Part shown: positions 8,805 through 17,990 of the stretch, in pieces
How positions within the stretch are numbered: position 1 is the stretch's first letter
Layout of the letters: every line of letters begins with the position of its first letter
NCBI GenBank assembly: GCA_043811535.1
Contig: JBDRNC010000022.1
Location: forward strand, 1-44,059
Source of the DNA: Elusimicrobiota bacterium
GTDB lineage: Bacteria > Elusimicrobiota > Endomicrobiia > Endomicrobiales > JBDRNC01
Direction of reading: 5' to 3'
Length of the DNA: 44,059 nucleotides
Made by a program: the position numbers and the translations under genes
The notes under the pieces: generated by a model
What the model saw: the letters and a program-made list of their open reading frames with translations, nothing else
Database searches by the model: none
What the model was told of the DNA's origin: nothing

Positions 8805-10700
8805 ATGGCTCTTGATAACTGGGAACTTTCATATCAGCCCTGTGAAAAGGACAAGAACAGGTGGCAGTTAAAGCTTAGAATACCCGAGAAAGAGCTGATG
8901 TCAGTCGTCAATCAGATAGAGGGCACAAGGGGAAGGCCATCCGCGCTCGACGAGAATGAATATAATTTCAGCGTTTATATCTACGAGCTCGGGGAGGAAG
9001 GATCGGAGCGGATACGCGAATTACTGCATCAAATTTGCCCGCAGGGAAACGTAAGGGGCCCGAGCAAAGAAGAAGCGCTGGACGCGATGCTCGAAAAATT
9101 CGCGCACGGGATGGATGCTGCCGAAGAATCCGCGAAAGAAAAGAAAGAGGCCGCGAAAAAGCACGACGCCAAGGAAAAGGAAAAGGAAAAAGAGGCGCCC
9201 CGCGAAATAAAAACCGAAGAACCTGCCCCTCCGCCGCCCGGCAAGCCGGACGAAAGCGCCGCCCGGAGCCAGGAAACAGGAGAAAAAGTCGCCACCAAGT
9301 ATTCGCAGTTCCAGGACCTTGCCCTCAACAAGAATTATACTTTTGAGGAATTCGTAATAGGCCCGAACAACCGTTTTACCGCCGCGGCCGCACAAGCCGT
9401 AGCCGATAATCCGGGCAAGATATATAATCCGTTCTTTATTTACGGAGGCGTAGGGCTGGGCAAGACGCACCTTATGCATGCCGTCGGGCAATATGTCATG
9501 AAAAGAAGCCCCAGCCTCAGGATTCTATACGTCACGACCGAAAAATTCATGAGCGAAGTCATAGAATCCATAAGGCGCGGAAGCCTTCAGGTAATGCGCG
9601 AGCATTACAGGGAGATTGACTTGCTCCTGATAGACGACATACAGTTCCTTGTTGAATCGGAATCGACGCAGGAGGAATTTTTTCACACGTTCAACGTCCT
9701 TCACCAGAGTGGAAAACAGATAATCATAACGTCGGACCGCCCGCCGAAGCAGCTCACCACGCTGGAGGACAGGCTCCGCAGCCGTTTTGAGTGGGGCCTT
9801 ATAGCGGATATCAAATCGCCTAACCTGGAGACGCGGGTTGCCATATTAAAGAAAAAGGGCGAGATAGAACATTTCAAACTTGACGACAATATAATGCTTT
9901 ATATCGCTTCAAAACTGAAATCCAATATCAGGGAGCTTGAAGGATTTCTAAAAAGGATAAACGCGTATGCGACGCTGACGCATCAGGAAGTCAACATGGA
10001 TCTGGCCAAGAGCCTTATGGCCGATCTGCTTCCTGCGGAAGAGCTTGAAGAACACGCCCAGCAGGCGCCGGCGTCAAGGCCGCCTGTCGCCAGCGCTCCT
10101 CCTGCGCCGGCCGCGGAGCCGCCGAAACCCGCTCCCCCGCGGGAACCCGAGGCCCCGGCGCCGAAACCAATGCCTTCGCCGCAAGAAACGGTAACCCCAA
10201 CGCCAAAACCGGCGTCTCCGCCTCAAGAAGCCGAGGCCCCGGCGCCGAAACCCGTCCTCAAGCCGGCCCGCCCGGCCGCGCCGCAAGCGGCCAAAGAACA
10301 GTCCGATTCGTCCGGTAAAGTCGTGGAAGTGGCGTTTTTCTTCCCGGAGAACAAGGAAGCGGAGCTTGAAAGAGTCAAGGAACGTTTCCGCGACGTGATA
10401 AAGAAGCATAAACTGAAATTCCAGCTTGAAGGAGTTTTTGAAAGAGCCTATTCCTGCGAGGGCAAGATTAATTACGCGTTTTTCTCGGAACTGTGCAAGA
10501 CAAACGGCATACCCATTGCGATCGTGGTCGGCCCCTCTCCGGAATCCAATATAGACGTAGATGACTTCGCGAACCTTCTCGCCACTGTGATGGATGACGA
10601 AAAAATTTCCCTTCAGTTTATTCCCTGGGCTGAAATGAACAAGGATTACAGATACCTTAACCTTTCACTGGACATCACTCTGTTGAAACACAAGTCATGA
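8805..10700 (+). CDS. DnaA-family AAA+ paralogue lacking DNA-binding domain IV, with novel N- and C-terminal domains
   Basis: LNKNYTFEEFVIG, YNPFFIYGGVGLGKTHL, DLLLIDDIQF, QEEFFHTFN, SDRPP, RLRSRFEWGL, NIRELEG; no RQIAMYL or GGRDH.TV motif; ATG 8805 follows AAGGA. Confidence 0.9.
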   Translation: MALDNWELSYQPCEKDKNRWQLKLRIPEKELMSVVNQIEGTRGRPSALDENEYNFSVYIYELGEEGSERIRELLHQICPQGNVRGPSKEEALDAMLEKFAHGMDAAEESAKEKKEAAKKHDAKEKEKEKEAPREIKTEEPAPPPPGKPDESAARSQETGEKVATKYSQFQDLALNKNYTFEEFVIGPNNRFTAAAAQAVADNPGKIYNPFFIYGGVGLGKTHLMHAVGQYVMKRSPSLRILYVTTEKFMSEVIESIRRGSLQVMREHYREIDLLLIDDIQFLVESESTQEEFFHTFNVLHQSGKQIIITSDRPPKQLTTLEDRLRSRFEWGLIADIKSPNLETRVAILKKKGEIEHFKLDDNIMLYIASKLKSNIRELEGFLKRINAYATLTHQEVNMDLAKSLMADLLPAEELEEHAQQAPASRPPVASAPPAPAAEPPKPAPPREPEAPAPKPMPSPQETVTPTPKPASPPQEAEAPAPKPVLKPARPAAPQAAKEQSDSSGKVVEVAFFFPENKEAELERVKERFRDVIKKHKLKFQLEGVFERAYSCEGKINYAFFSELCKTNGIPIAIVVGPSPESNIDVDDFANLLATVMDDEKISLQFIPWAEMNKDYRYLNLSLDITLLKHKS

Positions 10701-13700
10701 AAAAACACATCGTTTATCATTTCATCGCCCTTTTCTTTATTTTCATTTTTGTGGACCTATTCTTTTTAGCCGTCACGGTCAACTGGATATCCACGGGCGC
10801 CAAGAGGTATTTTTCTTCGGAAAGCGTAGAGATAGTCGAGAATATCGCGCTTTGCTTTAAAGATAAAAAATATGACAGGCGCAATCTGAACAAGATGCTG
10901 GACGATTACTCCCGCACCCATGATTATTCCCGGGTGAAGTTTCTTGACGCCAACAAGAAAACTATCTACGCGAACAGCATCCAGCACAGGAAGTCGATAG
11001 CCGAATTTGCCAGTTTTGAACAGCCGGTGATGCGCAACAATGAATTGAAAGGATACCTGAAGATATGGCTAGCTCCGGGATTTGTCGGCAAGTGGCTTTT
11101 CCGCGAGAATAATTTGTCTGTCTTCGCGCTGATAATCGCAGGATGGTTCGTGACACTGGTGACCGCGCTGATGGCTTATGTTTACGCCAAGTTCCTGTTC
11201 CCGATGGGGAGGTTGGGCGCGTTTGCCGAACATATAGAAAAAGAGGAATTCATTCCGATAAATCTGAACGGCGTGACGAAAGCGTGCGGGGCTATATTCG
11301 GGAAACTCAATTTGATGAATGCTAAGCTTGCAGAGGCCAATGACACGCTTCACGTGCTTTTTCAGGCATCGCAGTCGCTGTCTTCAAGGATAGAGATAAG
11401 CGAGATATTCAATTCGGTGCTTGAGATAATACAGAAAAAATTCCCGGAAGCTTCGGGCACCGTGCAGATGCTCGGTGAGGACGGTTTTCTGCGCATAAAA
11501 GCGCATAAAGGGGTATCCCCGGATTTCGTCAAGAACCTGCATCTGAGGCCCGGGGAGGGGTTCGCCGGCCTGGCCTACCAGAAATGCCAGGTTGTAGTCG
11601 TCAATGACGCCGAGAAAGAGGTGTCCCAGCATACCGACGAGCTTGTGAAAAAAGAGAACATAGCGTCGCATCTTCACATACCGCTGATGAACGATGCGAA
11701 ATGTGTCGGTGTCCTTAACATAATCGGCAGGGAGAAGAATTATTTTAGTAGGGAAAGGATAAGATCATTTTCTACGCTGGCGGAATACCTTTCTATCGCG
11801 ATAAGGAACATGGAGCTTTACGAACGCGTGCAGGAACTTAACCAGCGGCTGGAAAGCGAAGTTTCCACGACCACGCGGGAGCTTATACAGACCAACTCCC
11901 GCCTGATCCAGAAGGTGCGCGAGATGAAAGCGCTTTCAGATATCGCCGGTTTCATGTCATCGAAGGCCAGCCTGTCAGACTCGCTGCAGATGATAGTTGA
12001 CAAGATCAAGGACCTGCTTTCGGCGCAGGCGGCGGGATTTTTCCTTTATAATCAGGAAACGAACGAATTGATACCCCATCACCCGTTTTTCGGGATACGC
12101 GACAAGGAATTTTCGCGCCTGCATTTCCGCGTTGACGAGAACAGTATATTTGAAACGATTTTCAATGAAGGCAGGACATGCCTGATAAATGATGAAAAAC
12201 AGGCGCTTGAGTCCCTGCCGCTGCTGACTAATATACTCGCGATACATTCGCTCGCGCTGGTCCCCCTGAGATCAGGCAAGAAGATTATCGGGATCATCGG
12301 TGTCGCGAACAAGTTCAACTCCCAGTTCGACCAGAACGATGTGAAAGTCCTTGAACTGATCGCGGACAGGGTCACCGGAGTAATCGAGAACGTCCGGCTC
12401 TACCAGGAACTGGAGCACCGCCTGCATGATCTTACGACGCTTCAGGAGATATCGTCAGCGATTTCCGGCGAGCCGATATGGGAACAGATACTTAAGAAAA
12501 TTGTTTCTTCCACGACGCAGTCATTCAACGCCGATCTCTGCGCGATACTGCTTTACAGCCCGAAAACGAACGAGTTGTTAACGCAGACGGGGGCGTATTT
12601 TACGGGCGGGGACGAGGCGGTGCTTTTAAGGATCCCTGTTGACGATCCGAACTCGGTGTCCACGCAGGTTTTTCGTTCCGGCGAAGCGTTTATCAGCCCG
12701 GACGCGTCCATAGATCCCAGGATAAAAAGCCAGACCGCGAGATTGTGGGATTTGCGCTCGCTGATACTTGTGCCGCTTAAGGCCGAAAACAGGGTAATAG
12801 GGGTCTTAAGGATAGGCAGGCACCAGTCAAACTGTTTCACGAAGGACCACTTGAGGCTGGCGATGCTTATCGGCCACCAGGCGGCCGTCATCATCGAGAA
12901 CGCGCAGCTTTACGAATCTTTGAGGGAGACCAAGGTCGAGCTGGAGCGGCTGAACCAGGTGAAGAACGAGTTTATCTCCATAGTTTCGCATGAGCTCCGC
13001 ACTCCCATTACGGCGATTAAAGGTTTCGTCAAGGTAATACTCCAGGGCGACACGGGAGAGCTTAACCAGCAGCAGCAGAAGTTCCTGCAGATCGTCGATC
13101 AGTCAGTGGACCGCCTGGCGGTTCTTATATCCGACCTGCTTGACATATCCAGGATAGAGTCCGGACAGTTCAACCTCCGGCTTGATACAGTGGACCCGAA
13201 AGAACTTATCAAACTCGTTACAGCCAACCTCACTTCCGAATTCACGAATAAGAACATAAATCTGGTTACGGAGCTTCCCTCCAAACTTCCGATGATAATG
13301 GCGGACAGGGAAAGGCTGATGCAGGTTTTTGACAATCTGATTCTCAATGCCGCAAAATTCACGCCCAACGGCGGCGAGATAAGGGTTTCAGGGGAAGACA
13401 AGGGCGACTATGTGTTGTTCAAAGTCGTTGACACGGGTATCGGCATTGCTTCCGGAGAACATAAAAAGATATTCGAAAAATTCTATCAGATTGATTCGGG
13501 CCGCACGCGTTCAATACCCGGCGCCGGCCTCGGGCTTGCGATAGTTAAATCAATCGTTGAGATACACGGCGGGCAGATATGGGTTGAAAGTGAACTGGGC
13601 AAAGGATCGGCGTTCCAGTTCATAATCCCGCGTTTAAAAAAAGAGATTAATGATTATAGAAAGGACCTGCAGGACCTGGAGCAAAAGGATAACAAGAAAC

Positions 13701-13705
13701 AGTGA
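10697..13705 (+). CDS. Membrane sensor histidine kinase: 2 TM, HAMP-like linker, 3 GAF, HisKA, HATPase_c
   Basis: Three GAF-type blocks ending IAIRNMELY, GVIENVRLY and VIIENAQLY; H-box VSHELRTP, N-box NLILNAAKF, DTGIGI, GAGLGLAI; ATGA overlap with the upstream stop. Confidence 0.93.
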   Translation: MKKHIVYHFIALFFIFIFVDLFFLAVTVNWISTGAKRYFSSESVEIVENIALCFKDKKYDRRNLNKMLDDYSRTHDYSRVKFLDANKKTIYANSIQHRKSIAEFASFEQPVMRNNELKGYLKIWLAPGFVGKWLFRENNLSVFALIIAGWFVTLVTALMAYVYAKFLFPMGRLGAFAEHIEKEEFIPINLNGVTKACGAIFGKLNLMNAKLAEANDTLHVLFQASQSLSSRIEISEIFNSVLEIIQKKFPEASGTVQMLGEDGFLRIKAHKGVSPDFVKNLHLRPGEGFAGLAYQKCQVVVVNDAEKEVSQHTDELVKKENIASHLHIPLMNDAKCVGVLNIIGREKNYFSRERIRSFSTLAEYLSIAIRNMELYERVQELNQRLESEVSTTTRELIQTNSRLIQKVREMKALSDIAGFMSSKASLSDSLQMIVDKIKDLLSAQAAGFFLYNQETNELIPHHPFFGIRDKEFSRLHFRVDENSIFETIFNEGRTCLINDEKQALESLPLLTNILAIHSLALVPLRSGKKIIGIIGVANKFNSQFDQNDVKVLELIADRVTGVIENVRLYQELEHRLHDLTTLQEISSAISGEPIWEQILKKIVSSTTQSFNADLCAILLYSPKTNELLTQTGAYFTGGDEAVLLRIPVDDPNSVSTQVFRSGEAFISPDASIDPRIKSQTARLWDLRSLILVPLKAENRVIGVLRIGRHQSNCFTKDHLRLAMLIGHQAAVIIENAQLYESLRETKVELERLNQVKNEFISIVSHELRTPITAIKGFVKVILQGDTGELNQQQQKFLQIVDQSVDRLAVLISDLLDISRIESGQFNLRLDTVDPKELIKLVTANLTSEFTNKNINLVTELPSKLPMIMADRERLMQVFDNLILNAAKFTPNGGEIRVSGEDKGDYVLFKVVDTGIGIASGEHKKIFEKFYQIDSGRTRSIPGAGLGLAIVKSIVEIHGGQIWVESELGKGSAFQFIIPRLKKEINDYRKDLQDLEQKDNKKQ

Positions 13706-13765
13706 TAAGGGATAAAGAAAACAAAAAGCCGTTCGGCTTTATTCTTATCCCTTACCACATATCCC
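13704..13765. repeat. Inverted heptamer array (ATAAGGG / CCCTTAT) enclosing a small hairpin
   Basis: gataagggataaag ... cttatcccttaccacatatccc. Confidence 0.55.
13723..13746 (+). terminator. Possible intrinsic terminator after the kinase
   Basis: AAAGCC-GTTC-GGCTTT hairpin with A-run before and T-rich tail after. Confidence 0.45.
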
Positions 13766-13819
13766 TGACAAAAATCCTCATCATTTTTCAACTGTCTTCA
13801 CTCTTCCGCGAAGCAAAAA

Positions 13820-13848
13820 TTGACAAAAACCTCGTAAAATCGTAAAAT
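13820..13848 (+). promoter_or_regulatory. sigma70 promoter for the transketolase/nucleoside genes
   Basis: TTGACA (13820-13825), 17 nt, TAAAAT (13843-13848). Confidence 0.7.
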
Positions 13849-13962
13849 ATCTCTTTAACCGCCCTTTTACGGTACAAATTCACTGTTCCACCTGATTTGC
13901 CCTATACCGGTCAAATCAGGATAGTGGAACTCGAGCCCGCAAATCGGGCCCTCGGAGGATAG

Positions 13963-14781
13963 ATGGAAACAGCTAAACTTGAAAAGATCTGCCAAAATGT
14001 GCGTAAAAATATAATAAGCATGCTCGCTGAAGCCGGTTCCGGCCACCCCGGCGGGAGTCTTTCTTCGGTTGAACTGCTGGTAGCTTTATATTTTACGCAG
14101 ATGAAGTTTGACCCTTCCGACCCGCAGTCCCCCGACAGGGATTATTTCATCCTTTCAAAAGGCCATGTTTGCCCGGTACTATACGCGGTACTGAGCCAGT
14201 TGGGCTGCATCGGAAACGACAAGCTGTGCACTCTAAGGAAACAGGGCAGCTGCCTTCAGGGTCATCCGGCCAGGGACAAGGAAATTCCCGGCATTGAAGT
14301 ATCGACCGGTTCGCTCGGCTACGGCCTGTCGGTAGGGGTAGGCACGGCGCTTGCCAGCAGGATGGCGAAGAAACCTAACAGGTCGTACGTGCTGATGGGA
14401 GACGGCGAGCAGCAGGAAGGTTCCATCTGGGAAGCCGTGATGTCGGCGGGCCACTATAAACTTGACAACCTGTGCGGAATAGTGGATTGGAACAATCTGC
14501 AGATAGACGGCAACGTAGATAAAGTAATGAACATAATGCCGATAGTCGATAAATACAAGGCGTTCAACTGGAACACTATAGAGATAGACGGGCACGACCT
14601 CAAGCAGGTGGTCGGCGCGTATGAAAAGGCGAAAGATTTCAAGGGGAAACCGACCGTCATAATAGCAAAGACAATCAAAGGCAAGGGCGTGTCTTTCATG
14701 GAAAACAACTGCGATTGGCACGGCAAAACGCCTAATAAGGAACTCACAGAGAAAGCGTTAAAGGAAATCGGAGGAAATTAA
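13963..14781 (+). CDS. tkt: Transketolase, N-terminal (ThDP-binding) subunit
   Basis: SGHPGGSLS, RDYFILSKGH, LQGHP, STGSLG, GDGEQQEG..WEA, D.NNLQIDG, WHGK. Confidence 0.95.
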   Translation: METAKLEKICQNVRKNIISMLAEAGSGHPGGSLSSVELLVALYFTQMKFDPSDPQSPDRDYFILSKGHVCPVLYAVLSQLGCIGNDKLCTLRKQGSCLQGHPARDKEIPGIEVSTGSLGYGLSVGVGTALASRMAKKPNRSYVLMGDGEQQEGSIWEAVMSAGHYKLDNLCGIVDWNNLQIDGNVDKVMNIMPIVDKYKAFNWNTIEIDGHDLKQVVGAYEKAKDFKGKPTVIIAKTIKGKGVSFMENNCDWHGKTPNKELTEKALKEIGGN

Positions 14782-14786
14782 ATAAA

Positions 14787-15737
14787 ATGGTTGAGACATA
14801 CGGAATGAAACCCACGCGCCAGGGATACGCGGAAGCGCTGCTCGAGCTCGGAGAGAAGAACCCTAAAATTTGCGCGCTCGGCGCCGACACTGCGTGTTCC
14901 GTGATGGTCAATCTTTTTCAGCAGAAATTCCCAGACAGGTTCATACAGGTAGGCGTTGCCGAGCAGAACATGATAGGCATCGCGGCCGGGCTTGCCGTGG
15001 CCGGGTGGGTGCCTTTTGCCACGACCTACTCAATGTTCGCCGCGGGCAGGCCGTGGGAACAGATAAGGAACACGGTCGCTTATTCCAATCTTAACGTAAA
15101 GATAGGCGGTTCTCACGGAGGCATATCCGTCGGCCCCGACGGCGCGACGCACCAGGCGCTGGAAGAAATCGCGATAATGCGCGTCATACCGCGCATGACG
15201 GTAGTCGTTCCGTGCGATACGGTAGAGACCAGAAAAGCGACGCTGGCGATAGGCGGGATGAACGGCCCGGCTTTCATAAGGTTCGGGCGGGAATCCCTGC
15301 CCGTGATAACTAAAGATGAAACACCATTCAAGCTCGGGCGCGCCGAGGTTTTCCGCGAAGGGAAAGACGCGGCGATAATCGCGTGCGGATACATGGTATA
15401 CGAGGCGCTCATGGCGGCCGAGCTCCTTGAAAAAAAGGGAATTTCGGCAAGAGTCATGAATATTCACACGGTCAAACCCATAGACGAGCAGGCTATAATA
15501 AAGGCGGCGAAAGAGTGCGGGTGCGTCGTGACGGCGGAAGAGCATCAGGTCGCGGGTGGGTTCGGTTCCGCCGTGGCCGAAGTTATCGTGAAAAACTGTC
15601 CGGTCCCGATGGAAATGGTGGGCGTGATTGACAGATTCGGCGAATCCGGAAACTCCGCGGAGCTATTCAAGGCATACGGCCTTAAAGACGTCAATATAGC
15701 CGCGGCAGTGGAGAAGGCAATTGAAAGAAAGAAATAA
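14787..15737 (+). CDS. tkt: Transketolase, C-terminal subunit
   Basis: GVAEQNMIG.AAG, GPDGATHQ, VKPID, EEH...GG.GSAV, D.FGESG. Confidence 0.95.
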   Translation: MVETYGMKPTRQGYAEALLELGEKNPKICALGADTACSVMVNLFQQKFPDRFIQVGVAEQNMIGIAAGLAVAGWVPFATTYSMFAAGRPWEQIRNTVAYSNLNVKIGGSHGGISVGPDGATHQALEEIAIMRVIPRMTVVVPCDTVETRKATLAIGGMNGPAFIRFGRESLPVITKDETPFKLGRAEVFREGKDAAIIACGYMVYEALMAAELLEKKGISARVMNIHTVKPIDEQAIIKAAKECGCVVTAEEHQVAGGFGSAVAEVIVKNCPVPMEMVGVIDRFGESGNSAELFKAYGLKDVNIAAAVEKAIERKK

Positions 15738-15810
15738 TTACATATTACAGATTACAAATTACAAATTGAAGACTTAAAGCAGTAAATCTGTAATCTGTAA
15801 TTTGTAATTT
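15734..15810. repeat. Inverted heptamer array (ATTACAn / nTGTAAT)
   Basis: attacatattacagattacaaattacaaa ... tctgtaatctgtaatttgtaattt. Confidence 0.85.
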
Positions 15811-15844
15811 AAAAATTTAAAATAAATACTAACAGGGGTCCGTC

Positions 15845-17038
15845 ATTGCGACTTTTAAGCGCATAATCCTGCTCGTTCTCGACAGCGCCGGAGTAGGCGC
15901 TATGCCGGACGCCGGGAAATTCGGCGACGAGGGTGCCGACACTCTCGGGAACGTATTCAAGGCGTCGGATATCAACTTCGGCCTTATAAATCTCGCCGGG
16001 CTGGGATTGTACGGCCTGCTGAATCCCGCGCTCGGACTTCTTAAAATCAACGCCAAAGGCTCATTCGGAAAAATGGCCTGCGCTTCTCCCGCCAAAGACA
16101 CGACAGCGGGCCACTGGGAACTCGCGGGCATAATCCTTGAGAAACCCTTCCCCACCTATCCAAACGGTTTTCCGCAAGAACTCATCCAGGAATTTGAAAA
16201 ACTAATCGGCGAAAAAATACTGGGCAACCGGACGGCTTCCGGCACCGTGATAATCAATGAACTCGGCGACGAGCACGTCAAGACCGGATGTCCGATAGTA
16301 TACACCTCGGCGGATTCGGTTTTTCAGGTGGCCGCTCACGAAAAAACCTTCGGGCTTGAGCGCCTTTATGAGGCGTGCCGGGCCGCGCGGGAAATGCTGA
16401 CGGGCGAACATGCCGTTGGCAGGGTTATAGCGAGGCCTTTCACCGGCGGAAACGGAAACTACTCGCGCACGGAAAACCGCAGGGATTATTCCCTGGACCC
16501 TTTCGAGGAAACTGTGCTTGACAGGGCCAAAAACGCGGGCATGCATGTTGTAGGGATAGGAAAAATAGAGGATATTTATAACGGGAAAGGGATTACGGAC
16601 GCGATGCACACGCACAGCAATAAAGAAGGCATGAATAGCATAAAGGAACAGCTGATCCACGGCTACGAAAACGTGCTTATCTTCGCCAACCTGGTGGATT
16701 TTGATATGCTCTGGGGTCACAGGCGCGATGCCGTCGGTTATGCCAGGGGGCTCAAGGAATTCGACGAATTCCTTCCGCAGATCCTGGCATTACTTAAGGA
16801 AGATGACATGCTGATAATTACCGCCGACCACGGCTGCGACCCCACATACACAAAGCACACTGACCATACGCGCGAGTACGTGCCCGTATTAGTTTACGGA
16901 AAAAAAGTAAAAGCGGGCGTCGATCTCGGGACCCGCCCGACATTCGCCGACGCCGCGCAGACAATAGCGGAAGCGCTGGGCCTCGGCGCGATTAAGAACG
17001 GGACAAGCTTTCTTAAAGACATAGTGACTGGGGGCTAG
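15845..17038 (+). CDS. deoB: Phosphopentomutase, probable non-canonical ATT start
   Basis: Conserved [14 protein letters not shown] lies upstream of the first ATG (15902); also [54 protein letters not shown]. Confidence 0.93.
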   Translation: MATFKRIILLVLDSAGVGAMPDAGKFGDEGADTLGNVFKASDINFGLINLAGLGLYGLLNPALGLLKINAKGSFGKMACASPAKDTTAGHWELAGIILEKPFPTYPNGFPQELIQEFEKLIGEKILGNRTASGTVIINELGDEHVKTGCPIVYTSADSVFQVAAHEKTFGLERLYEACRAAREMLTGEHAVGRVIARPFTGGNGNYSRTENRRDYSLDPFEETVLDRAKNAGMHVVGIGKIEDIYNGKGITDAMHTHSNKEGMNSIKEQLIHGYENVLIFANLVDFDMLWGHRRDAVGYARGLKEFDEFLPQILALLKEDDMLIITADHGCDPTYTKHTDHTREYVPVLVYGKKVKAGVDLGTRPTFADAAQTIAEALGLGAIKNGTSFLKDIVTGG

Positions 17039-17140
17039 AAAAGACATTCCAAGATTTAAAGATTGGAAAGATTGAAAGATTACGAATTAACAACTAGCGA
17101 CTAGCCACTAATAAGACTTTGAACGAAATACGGACGACGG
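17021..17140. repeat. Mosaic of three different short-tandem arms
   Basis: tagtgactgggggctag / aagatttaaagattggaaagattgaaagatt / actagcgactagccacta / acgaaatacggacgacg. Confidence 0.6.
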
Positions 17141-17147
17141 AGTTAAC

Positions 17148-17975
17148 ATGGACCAGAGTATAACCTCCAAACTATCGCAAACCCGCAACTACATAAGACT
17201 GCGCACGCATATAGAGCCCAAGATAGGCATAATCCTCGGTTCGGGCCTCGGCAGCGTCATTGAGAGCTCAAAAGAGGATTTTGTTTTCCATTTCAATGAA
17301 TTACCTCATTTCGCGCCGTCAACGGTGCACGGGCACAACGGCGAGCTAATAATCGGCGGGTATTCCGGCAAGGGGATAGCGATAATGCAGGGCAGGGTCC
17401 ATTACTACGAAGGCTACGCGATGGAACAGATTATGTATCCTGTACGTCTGCTCAAGTGGCTCGGCATCGAATACCTTATTATCACCGCGGCGACGGGAGG
17501 GCTGAATCCGGCGTACAAAAAAGGCGATATCGTGGCTGTTAAGGACCATATAAACCTGATGGGAGATAATCCCCTGCGCGGAGTTCATACCCCGGAATTC
17601 GGCGAGCGGTTCCCGGATCTGAGCGGGGTGTACTCAAAAGACCTGAGGAAAACCGCGGCGGCGGCGGCAAGAAAAGCAAAAGTGAAAATGAAAGAGGGCG
17701 TTTATCTCGCGGTAAGCGGTCCATCATACGAAACGCCGTCCGAGATAAAGGCCTTCAGGCGGCTCGGCGGCGACGTTGTCGGGATGTCGGTGATTCCTGA
17801 GGCGATAGCGGCGCGCCAGATGGGCGTAAAGGTACTCGGCCTGGCCTATGTTTCCAATGTGGCAGTTCCGGCGAGAATTAAACCGCTTTCGCACATGGAT
17901 GTCGTAGAAGCGGGAAAGAAGACAGGACAGAAGCTGGGGAAACTGATAGCGGAAATAATTAACAGAATACAGTGA
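17148..17975 (+). CDS. punA: Purine nucleoside phosphorylase (trimeric PNP I type)
   Basis: IILGSGLG, STV.GH.G, QGRVHYYEG, DHIN, GERFPD, GPSYETPSE, VGMS.IPE. Confidence 0.93.
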   Translation: MDQSITSKLSQTRNYIRLRTHIEPKIGIILGSGLGSVIESSKEDFVFHFNELPHFAPSTVHGHNGELIIGGYSGKGIAIMQGRVHYYEGYAMEQIMYPVRLLKWLGIEYLIITAATGGLNPAYKKGDIVAVKDHINLMGDNPLRGVHTPEFGERFPDLSGVYSKDLRKTAAAAARKAKVKMKEGVYLAVSGPSYETPSEIKAFRRLGGDVVGMSVIPEAIAARQMGVKVLGLAYVSNVAVPARIKPLSHMDVVEAGKKTGQKLGKLIAEIINRIQ

Positions 17976-17990
17976 CTTACCTTATACTTT

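Noticed and set aside
8679..10700. Canonical dnaA and oriC
   Set aside because: No domain IV, no dnaN/rpmH/gyrB neighbours, and no TTATCCACA boxes seen in the flanking gaps.
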